DNA of 32,000 bases from Geotalea daltonii FRC-32. Its GTDB lineage: Bacteria; Desulfobacterota; Desulfuromonadia; Geobacterales; Geobacteraceae. Under the pieces are notes generated by a model. It made no database searches. It worked only from the letters and a program-made list of their open reading frames with translations, and was not told the origin of the DNA. Position numbers and translations under genes: made by a program. This document shows positions 25,985-32,000 of the stretch, piece after piece (positions within the stretch are counted from its first letter, which is position 1; the number at the start of each line of letters is the position of its first letter). The stretch is taken from the NCBI RefSeq assembly GCF_000022265.1, contig NC_011979.1, forward strand, positions 360,001 to 392,000, read 5' to 3'.

Positions 25985-26131
25985 ATGACCACAACATTAA
26001 TTCTGTAAAAAAATTAATAGAAAACCACAAGTGAACATGAATAGAAAGTCTTGAAAGGGTGATGGTTGGCATTTGCCGGGGGGGCGAAGGACCCCCTTGC
26101 AAAAGTGGGTTATGTGAGATGAGGAATGAGA

Positions 26132-26443
26132 TTAACCCCAATAAGCTTTATCGTGGGGACCTAGGGCAATAAATTTGAGAGTATCGTCTGGGCATTGCTG
26201 ACAATCGGCACAGAGAACGATAGCATCATCACCTTTTTTCCGGCAAATCGAGCAGTACAGATAAATGATCAGAAAATTTCGACGAACAGAGCAACTGTAA
26301 TAACCCCGGAAATTTCCTTTAAGGGGTTCACCCAAAGAAATCGGATTTGCGGTGATCATGTCAATTTTTTTACGGACGACATCCTTTATTGCGTTATGTT
26401 TTTTAAGTGATGTGACGAAATCATCACTAAACATGAGGTTCAT
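26132..26443 (-). CDS. RelE/ParE-superfamily type II toxin with an internal Cys-rich insertion
   Basis: LGEPLKGNFRGYYSCSVRRNFLIIY ... LKFIALGPHDKAY matches the RelE/ParE core. CSICRKKGDDAIVLCADCQQC is inserted between the strands. ATGA overlap with the upstream antitoxin gene. Confidence 0.65.
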   Translation of the reverse strand: MNLMFSDDFVTSLKKHNAIKDVVRKKIDMITANPISLGEPLKGNFRGYYSCSVRRNFLIIYLYCSICRKKGDDAIVLCADCQQCPDDTLKFIALGPHDKAYWG

Positions 26444-26694
26444 TTAAATACCTCATCATAACTTTGCCATTTGACAGCACCTGATTTGATCCGTGTAATT
26501 GTCTCAATGAGGGAATCAGTGAAATCCGGATCGCTCAAAATTATTTCAGTAGGATCGTTTTCCTTGAGACGCTTCAATTTCAGGGCAAATTGGGTAAAAA
26601 CCTCGGAGACGGTCGTTCTCTGGCTTTCCGCATATTCTTTGACAAACTCAATCAGATCACTATCAAGGGTGAGATTGATTCGGGCTTTTTGCAT
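26440..26694 (-). CDS. Ribbon-helix-helix-type antitoxin
   Basis: N-terminal KARINLTLDSDLIEFVKEYAESQRTTVSEVF (beta-strand plus two helices). 84 aa. Translationally coupled to the downstream toxin. Confidence 0.65.
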   Translation of the reverse strand: MQKARINLTLDSDLIEFVKEYAESQRTTVSEVFTQFALKLKRLKENDPTEIILSDPDFTDSLIETITRIKSGAVKWQSYDEVFK

Positions 26695-26807
26695 GGCACA
26701 CCTCCTGTGAGTATATTATGCGTATATCATGCTCATTGTCAAGATGGTAGTCAAGAGTTGCATGGTTTGTCTACTGGAGACACCAAATCCCTACTTATGA
26801 ATTATTC

Positions 26808-26923
26808 TATCATTGCAGTGATATTTTAGATTCAAAAACGCTTAAAAGAGTTATTAATATCACTGCAGTGATATTAATGTTGCATCAAGGCATATTTTCA
26901 ATTATTGTAGCACTGCAATAGTA
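26808..26923. promoter_or_regulatory. Three phased palindromic operator candidates in the hipBA / relBE-like divergent control region
   Basis: TATCATTGCAGTGATA (26808-26823). ATATCACTGCAGTGATAT (26857-26874, a perfect 18-bp palindrome). TAGCACTGCAATAGTA (26908-26923). Centres are exactly 50 bp apart, and each site is preceded by a related A/T-rich flank (ATTATTC, TTATTAA, ATTATTG). Confidence 0.6.
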
Positions 26924-26944
26924 TTATAGAGTGTAAAACTCACG

Positions 26945-27214
26945 ATGGAGCAGAGTATGCGAAGAGTAATAATGCGGTCCCCTGTCCCAGAATCCCAGCC
27001 ACTGCTTGATGCGGAGACTCTCGGTATCTTCGTACGTGCAAGTCGCACCAAGACAGGTATGGGAATCCATGAGGCAGCCGCTTTTTGTGGTGTGGCTGTA
27101 GGCACCATGCAGAAGATAGAGAAAGCCAGCGGCGATGTTAAGTTGAGTTCAATCCTGACTGTCTGCAAGATGCTTGGAATATCACTTACTATCGGCAGCA
27201 GGGTAAACTCATGA
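26945..27214 (+). CDS. hipB: HipB-like XRE-family HTH antitoxin/repressor
   Basis: HTH LGIFVRASRTKTGMGIHEAAAFCGVAVGTMQKIEKASGDVKLSSILTVCKMLGISL. ATGA overlap with hipA. Confidence 0.8.
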   Translation: MEQSMRRVIMRSPVPESQPLLDAETLGIFVRASRTKTGMGIHEAAAFCGVAVGTMQKIEKASGDVKLSSILTVCKMLGISLTIGSRVNS

Positions 27215-28509
27215 CAGAAACCCTCCTGACCTACCTGGATGGCATCTATCTCGGAAAGATCATTCTCGATGGACCATTTGAGGCTTATGGCCTGGAATAT
27301 GACGAAACCTGGATTGGGGGCGGAGGATTTCCGATCTCTCCACACCTGCAGTTTCACAAATCGCCTGATGATTCTGTCAGGCGTTTTCTTTCCAACCTCC
27401 TCCCTGAAGGGAGATGGCTTGAGGAATTGTCGTCATCTTCACATATTTCCAAGTCAAACACCTTTGGGTTGATCGCCGCAATCGGATCTGAAACTACCGG
27501 GGCACTCACCTTTCGTATTGGTGGTGAAGGGAGCGAGACAAACACGACTAATTTCCGGCCAATCGAGACACAGGAACTGGAGGAAAGAATTCGGGAGCGC
27601 AATGATAGGCCTATTAGTCTCTGGGACGGCAAGCAACGGCTTTCAACTGCAGGAGTGCAGGATAAATTACCCGTAATGATTATGCCGGATGGCACTTTTG
27701 GCTTTGGCGAAGGAGATCTCGCCTCAACCCACATCCTAAAATTCGATACCAAGCAAAACATACATCTTGTACTCAATGAATTTATTTGTATGACACTTGC
27801 TCACCTGGCCGGTTTACCTGCGGCCAACGTCAAGTTTGTGAGGATGGGGGAGCCGGTCCTGGTGGTGGAGCGCTTTGACAGAAAGTGGAGTGGTGACGAG
27901 TCGATTAAGCGTCTGCATCTGATCGATGGATGCCAGATGCTGGATTTGCTGCCAACATACAAATATGAGAGGCCGTTCGGCAAAACCGGACATGCTGCTG
28001 GATTGAGGACTGGCGCATCGTTGCAAATGTTATTTGATTCTGCCAAATCATGCAGAGTCCCTGCGCTGACGATGAGGGACATGTTGAACTGGACATTGTT
28101 TCAATTATTGATCGGCAACAGCGATGCTCATGCGAAAAATATTTCCTTTTTCCTTGGAAAAGAAGGAATTGACCTTGCACCGGCATACGACCTGGTCTGT
28201 CTAGATGTCTGCGGTGATCAGTATGATCGGAATATCGCGATGGCAATCGGCGACGTCTTCGACCCTGACGATATTCAGGCATGGCAGCTGGCAGAGATGT
28301 GTTTTGAGTGCAAGTTGCCACAACGTCAGACAGCCCGGATGCTCGACTCGCTCTGTAACAACATACTTCGCTCGTTGACGAAAATCTCTCTACCGGAACT
28401 TCTTACGCCTATTGAAGAAGAGTTTGCGCGGAATTTAATCCAGGTAATTACAAACAAGGTTCATAGATATCAGGAATATGCGAAGCAGTTACCAGGATTA
28501 AAAATATAG
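27211..28509 (+). CDS. hipA: HipA-family serine/threonine kinase toxin
   Basis: Couple_hipA N-domain. LSTAGVQDKLPV motif. Catalytic loop IGNSDAHAKNISF. APAYDLV. 432 aa. Confidence 0.85.
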   Translation: MTETLLTYLDGIYLGKIILDGPFEAYGLEYDETWIGGGGFPISPHLQFHKSPDDSVRRFLSNLLPEGRWLEELSSSSHISKSNTFGLIAAIGSETTGALTFRIGGEGSETNTTNFRPIETQELEERIRERNDRPISLWDGKQRLSTAGVQDKLPVMIMPDGTFGFGEGDLASTHILKFDTKQNIHLVLNEFICMTLAHLAGLPAANVKFVRMGEPVLVVERFDRKWSGDESIKRLHLIDGCQMLDLLPTYKYERPFGKTGHAAGLRTGASLQMLFDSAKSCRVPALTMRDMLNWTLFQLLIGNSDAHAKNISFFLGKEGIDLAPAYDLVCLDVCGDQYDRNIAMAIGDVFDPDDIQAWQLAEMCFECKLPQRQTARMLDSLCNNILRSLTKISLPELLTPIEEEFARNLIQVITNKVHRYQEYAKQLPGLKI

Positions 28510-28641
28510 AATAAAATGGAGATGAAGCACCGCCATTCCGGAAAGCCAGAGATGGCAGCAAGTTTAATTTTGTCATGTGCAGGTCTTGACCCTTAATGTG
28601 ATACTGTGTCCACATGACGTTGCCCTTCGAGGAAGTGAAAA

Positions 28642-29232
28642 ATGTACAATATCAGGCTGAGAACAAGGATGATTTTTCTGGCCGTTACGCTTGCTGCGTT
28701 ATGCCCGGCAATATTGTCTGCCGCAGAGAAGGCTTCGCAGACTGCCACATCTCTGGTGAACCTCGTGAAGCCGCACGAGAGAGAAGCGCAGGCGATCCGC
28801 TTCATGCTGGTGGTCGCACCGATGGGTTTTCCTGAGGGGCTTGCTGACTGCATGGTGGCGAAGACGACACCGGCTATCAAGGACTATTTTGCTGCGCTGT
28901 ATGCTGCCCACCTGAGTGAAACCGAACTACGGCAAGCTGTTGATTTCTTCAAAGGAGAAGACGGCCGGGCAGCTGTTGCATTTCGTCTGCAGCACGAACA
29001 GAACCTGCTCAATGCATCAGCCAAGGGGGAGCAGATCACGAATGAGCATCCCGAATATCCACTGCAGATAAGGAAGGCGCTTGAAGCTTTTAGTGCTACG
29101 CCTGCAGGACGACACTTCGTTGGAGACGAACTTGAGGCGCGGCAGCCATTCGCTTCCGAAATTTCGGAATTGCGCAACGCCGGAATGGCCCAATGTTTAG
29201 CGGACCTCTCGGTCGGTGTCGGCAATCGGTAG
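28642..29232 (+). CDS. Secreted protein of unknown function (possibly DUF2059-like)
   Basis: GAGGAAG RBS. Signal peptide ...ILSAAEK. The segment YFAALYAAHLSETELRQAVDFFKGEDGRAAV resembles the DUF2059 core (F..eEL..l..Fy.s..G). Confidence 0.45.
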   Translation: MYNIRLRTRMIFLAVTLAALCPAILSAAEKASQTATSLVNLVKPHEREAQAIRFMLVVAPMGFPEGLADCMVAKTTPAIKDYFAALYAAHLSETELRQAVDFFKGEDGRAAVAFRLQHEQNLLNASAKGEQITNEHPEYPLQIRKALEAFSATPAGRHFVGDELEARQPFASEISELRNAGMAQCLADLSVGVGNR

Positions 29233-29301
29233 TCTCGGGTCTCGTAAGTTTCTGCCGGAGATTGCCCCGGAAGTGGCAAAACAAACGAGACGATAGCAGG
29301 C

Positions 29302-29317
29302 TGGCACCGCTGCTGCG
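29302..29317 (+). promoter_or_regulatory. Candidate sigma-54 promoter upstream of the VOC-family gene
   Basis: TGGCACcgctgCTGCG with correct GG/GC spacing, about 31 nt upstream of ATG 29348. This could be a chance match. Confidence 0.3.
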
Positions 29318-29347
29318 TCCCCAGTCCCGGAACATAGAGGCAAAAAA

Positions 29348-29767
29348 ATGAAACCGCGCATAAACATGATTACTCTGGGTGTTGGGGATATGGAAAAGGC
29401 GGCTGCCTTCTACGAAAGAGGTCTCGGCCTGCCGCGAATGCCTTTTGAAGGAGGAGCGGCCTTCTTCATGCTAAACGGGTCATGGCTGTCATTGTATCCA
29501 TTGAATGCACTTGCTGAAGATGCCACCGTAGCAGCTAATGGGACAGGTTTCCGAGGCATTGCATTGGCTCATGTTGTTTCCAGCAGAGAGGATGTGGATG
29601 AAGTTCTGAATCAAGCGGTCAAGGCTGGCGGAACCTTAATCAAGCCTGCGGCTGACGTCTTCTGGGGTGGGTACTCCGGGTATTTTGCCGACCCTGATGG
29701 GCATTTGTGGGAGGTGGCCTGGAATCCTCATTTTTGGCCGGGTCCCACAGACTGCGATGAAGCATGA
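29348..29767 (+). CDS. VOC-family (glyoxalase/bleomycin-resistance/dioxygenase fold) protein
   Basis: N-terminal INMITLGVGDMEKAAAFYERGLGL and C-terminal GGYSGYFADPDGHLWEVAWNP are typical of this fold. Confidence 0.8.
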   Translation: MKPRINMITLGVGDMEKAAAFYERGLGLPRMPFEGGAAFFMLNGSWLSLYPLNALAEDATVAANGTGFRGIALAHVVSSREDVDEVLNQAVKAGGTLIKPAADVFWGGYSGYFADPDGHLWEVAWNPHFWPGPTDCDEA

Positions 29768-29886
29768 GGAAACTGCTTGTGGGGGTGAACCCGCACAGGA
29801 GGGAGCGAAATGCACCGGGGCAAATTGCATTCGCGGGGAAAAACATGCCCAGGCTGTTTGGCCGTTTAAAGCCCAGGTGTCCGGCC

Positions 29887-31146
29887 TCAGCCGGCCCATT
29901 GATTGAACACGAAAGTGGTTAGTAAGATGATCATGAACGGCAGGTTTAGCATGATCCACGCCCGGTCGAATGATTTGTGTTGCCCAAGTGCCGCAGGTGC
30001 GAGAAAGAAAGATGGCAGGGCCAGCACGTAGCGGTGCATCCCCTGGGCGGCCCCTGATGTCAAAGAAAAGAGCAGTATGGCAGCACTGTAAAGTGTCAGG
30101 ACCTTGTCGTGGCGGAACATCCAGACCAGGGAGGCTATTCCTGCCGTCAGGCACGCCAGCTCTACAGTGTAGTAGGCCAGAGACTGCGGGTTCGTCGCCA
30201 TCAAGCCGACCGCTTCCTTCCACGCGGCCAATGTTCCCTGAATGTTAAGCAGATTGCGGTTGAAGTAATTGCTCTCGATGAAGTGGAACTGGCTGCTCAT
30301 GGTCAGGGTGAAAATTCCGTAGGCAAGTGCGGGGGCAAGCATGAAGGCAAAATCCCTCAAGTGACGCCCCTTCCCCATTTGAAAAATAGCTCTTCTGCCG
30401 TCGCTTCCATACCAGTAGAGAAAGAGCGGCAAAAGAAGCAACACTCCACCGGCCTTGGTGAAGGTGGCCAGAAAGGCAAGGATTCCTGCCGGGACAAATC
30501 GCCGTTCACGTGCGAACATCAGGGCCGAAAAGGATAAAGCAAGGAACAGTCCCTCGGTGTAAACCATGGCCATGAACATGGAGGCGGGCGCGATCAGGAG
30601 GTAAAATGAAGCCCTAATCCCGGCGTCCCGATCCAGCATATCGCGACCCAGCCGGTACAGTGCCAGCATTGCTGCCAGCGTACCCCCCAAAGACACCAGA
30701 ACCCCTGCTGAAGTGGCGGCTGCCAACTCCTCCATCCCCAGAAGCAAAAACGGGGTCATAAAAATCCGGATCAGCATGGGGTATCCCGGAAAGAAGGCAT
30801 AATTCATTGACGTCCAGGAAGGTTTTTCAGCCAATGTCCGGATTACCTGATTCTTCCAATTGAAATCAGGGGGAATTGCACGCATGGCGGGGTCGTCATA
30901 TCCGGCTACGGCGATTGAGAGGTAATACTCGGAGTCCCAGGCTACATGGCCATTCAGGAAGGCTCCGGTCAAGTAGGTGTGGCGTGTCTGACTTTCCGGC
31001 ATGGTCGCGGCGGCGGTCCAAGCGAGCGTCCTGTCGGGAGCTACGAGGGTAAAACGGGCTCCCAGGTAAGGTACCAGAATGAGCATTAAGAAAACCCAAA
31101 CAAGCCAGGTCAGAAAGATGGGTCGGTACTCGGTGATCAAGCGCAT
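29887..31146 (-). CDS. GT-C integral membrane mannosyltransferase-like protein (PIG-V / Mannosyl_trans2-like)
   Basis: About 10 TM segments. The first periplasmic loop contains HVAWDSEYYLSIAVAGYDD, matching the WD..wY..IA..GY signature of PIG-V-type enzymes. Confidence 0.55.
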   Translation of the reverse strand: MRLITEYRPIFLTWLVWVFLMLILVPYLGARFTLVAPDRTLAWTAAATMPESQTRHTYLTGAFLNGHVAWDSEYYLSIAVAGYDDPAMRAIPPDFNWKNQVIRTLAEKPSWTSMNYAFFPGYPMLIRIFMTPFLLLGMEELAAATSAGVLVSLGGTLAAMLALYRLGRDMLDRDAGIRASFYLLIAPASMFMAMVYTEGLFLALSFSALMFARERRFVPAGILAFLATFTKAGGVLLLLPLFLYWYGSDGRRAIFQMGKGRHLRDFAFMLAPALAYGIFTLTMSSQFHFIESNYFNRNLLNIQGTLAAWKEAVGLMATNPQSLAYYTVELACLTAGIASLVWMFRHDKVLTLYSAAILLFSLTSGAAQGMHRYVLALPSFFLAPAALGQHKSFDRAWIMLNLPFMIILLTTFVFNQWAG

Positions 31147-31297
31147 GATAAAATACTAACATATAACGGAAGAGTTACTATGACCCGTTATTCGACCTTT
31201 TTCCATCATAGTGGGTTTCAGACTCTTCTGCCTAAAACCGCATCCAACCCTAGCAGGCTATGTGCCCCGGCAACCGGTGAGGGCTGAAACCGTAAAC

Positions 31298-31337
31298 AAA
31301 AAAAGTAGCCTTCCAAAGACTGGAAGGCTACTTTTTT
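31298..31337. terminator. Bidirectional rho-independent terminator
   Basis: 10-bp stem gtagccttcc/ggaaggctac (31305-31314 pairs with 31322-31331), flanked by A7 on the left and T6 on the right. It lies just downstream of the minus-strand OmpA-family gene. Confidence 0.8.
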
Positions 31338-31358
31338 ATTACATGCAACTCATGTTGA

Positions 31359-32000
31359 CTACTGTTTTTCGACCGTCACCGAATCGAGAACCGCGGTAAT
31401 ACGACGGTTCTGCTGACGTCCTGCCTCGGTTCCATTGTCGGCAATTGGGCGGGTCATGCCGTAGCCCTTGGCGGTGAGGCGGTCGGCGGCAATGCCGTGC
31501 TTTTTAATCAAGTAGCTGCGGACGGCTTCGGCGCGGCGCTGGGAGAGCTTCATGTTGGCGGCAGCTGATCCCACATTGTCGGTGTGCCCTTCGATCACCC
31601 CTTTAACCGTAGGGTATTTCTGCATATAATCGGCAACTTTCTTGATTTCGCCGGCATATTTGGGCTGAATGTCGTTCTTCCCGGTGACGAATTGAATGTT
31701 GATGGACATGCTGAGGGTTTCCAGGTCCGGGCAGCCGTCGGCTTTCACCTTGGTTCCCTTGGGGGTGCCTGGGCATTTGTCCAGGTAATCGGCAACGCCG
31801 TCGCCGTCGGAGTCGACTGGGCAGCCATCCTGGTCAACCTGAACTCCTGCGGGGGTACCGGGACACTTGTCCAGGTAGTCGGCGACGCCGTCCTTGTCGG
31901 AGTCAACAGGGCAGCCGTCCTTATCTACCTGAACGCCGGCCGGGGTGCCCGGGCACTTGTCCAGGTAATCGGCAACGCCGTCCTTGTCGGAATCAACGGG
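31359..32000 (-). CDS. OmpA-family protein with thrombospondin type 3-like Ca-binding repeats (5' end beyond the window)
   Basis: The reading frame is open to the window edge; the track's GTG 31748 is internal. C-terminal OmpA_C domain (GHTDNVGSAAANMKLSQRRAEAVRSYL, ADNGTEAGRQQNRR). Upstream are 30-aa repeats PVDSDKDGVADYLDKCPGTPAGVQVDKDGC. Confidence 0.85.
   Translation of the reverse strand, partial: PVDSDKDGVADYLDKCPGTPAGVQVDKDGCPVDSDKDGVADYLDKCPGTPAGVQVDQDGCPVDSDGDGVADYLDKCPGTPKGTKVKADGCPDLETLSMSINIQFVTGKNDIQPKYAGEIKKVADYMQKYPTVKGVIEGHTDNVGSAAANMKLSQRRAEAVRSYLIKKHGIAADRLTAKGYGMTRPIADNGTEAGRQQNRRITAVLDSVTVEKQ
31764..32000 (-). repeat. 90-bp in-frame tandem repeat (at least 2.6 copies in the window) encoding the TSP3-like units
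   Basis: Repeat starts are at 31764, 31854 and 31944 (ggtgcctggg / ggtaccggga / ggtgcccggg), with high nucleotide identity between copies. Confidence 0.85.

Noticed and set aside
28517-28597. 26-codon ORF (MEMKHRHSGKPEMAASLILSCAGLDP) between hipA and the secreted-protein gene.
   Set aside because: No Shine-Dalgarno and no recognisable features, so it is likely chance.
25985-28600. Possibility that the TA islet is a mobile element (IS, integrative element or prophage remnant).
   Set aside because: No transposase, integrase or recombinase ORF, no terminal inverted or direct repeats that I could see, and no adjacent tRNA. Only compositional deviation supports horizontal origin.
31211-31399. 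62-aa plus-strand ORF spanning the intergenic region and the terminator.
   Set aside because: It runs through a strong bidirectional terminator hairpin and into the antisense of the OmpA-family gene. It has no RBS.
1-32000. Selenocysteine or programmed-frameshift candidates (adjacent same-direction ORFs separated by a single stop or shift).
   Set aside because: All gene junctions are explained by normal starts, stops and short overlaps. No pair of adjacent ORFs reads as two halves of one protein family.

Overview
The window looks like chromosomal DNA from a Geobacter/Desulfuromonadales-type bacterium. This is an inference from a PpcA-like triheme cytochrome c7, several other c-type cytochromes and sigma-54-like promoters. 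It is densely coding, with about 33 credible CDS. I saw no rRNA, tRNA, CRISPR array, transposase or integrase.

Five blocks stand out:
(1) 1377-8621 reads as one operon. A periplasmic beta-propeller (PQQ-type sugar/sorbosone dehydrogenase-like) lipoprotein and a monoheme cytochrome c lipoprotein sit directly upstream of a complete 'ebo' metabolite-traffic cluster: DHQS-like cyclase, small unknown ORF, TatD-like hydrolase, EboE TIM barrel, alkaline-phosphatase/NPP-family enzyme and UbiA prenyltransferase.
(2) hcp (hybrid cluster protein) plus a pentaheme cytochrome, followed by an orphan T4 gp19/Afp1-like tail-tube-fold gene and a triheme c7.
(3) 15058-25924 is an envelope glycosylation locus. 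It holds a TolC-like OMP, a GT39 PMT-type protein mannosyltransferase, a GT2 polyprenyl-phosphate sugar synthase, a GT-C enzyme and GtrA. Next to them is a secreted monoheme cytochrome c with a long Pro-Thr tract and an Asp-Arg alternating tract, which I propose as a candidate O-glycosylation substrate. A clan GH-A glycosidase lipoprotein and an MsbA-like ABC exporter complete the block.
(4) A visibly AT-richer islet carries two type II TA modules: a RelE-like toxin with a Cys-rich insert plus an RHH antitoxin, and hipBA with three phased operator palindromes.
(5) A PIG-V-like GT-C enzyme and a partial OmpA-family gene built from 90-bp TSP3-type tandem repeats.

All functional calls come from motif recognition by eye. 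No searches were run.
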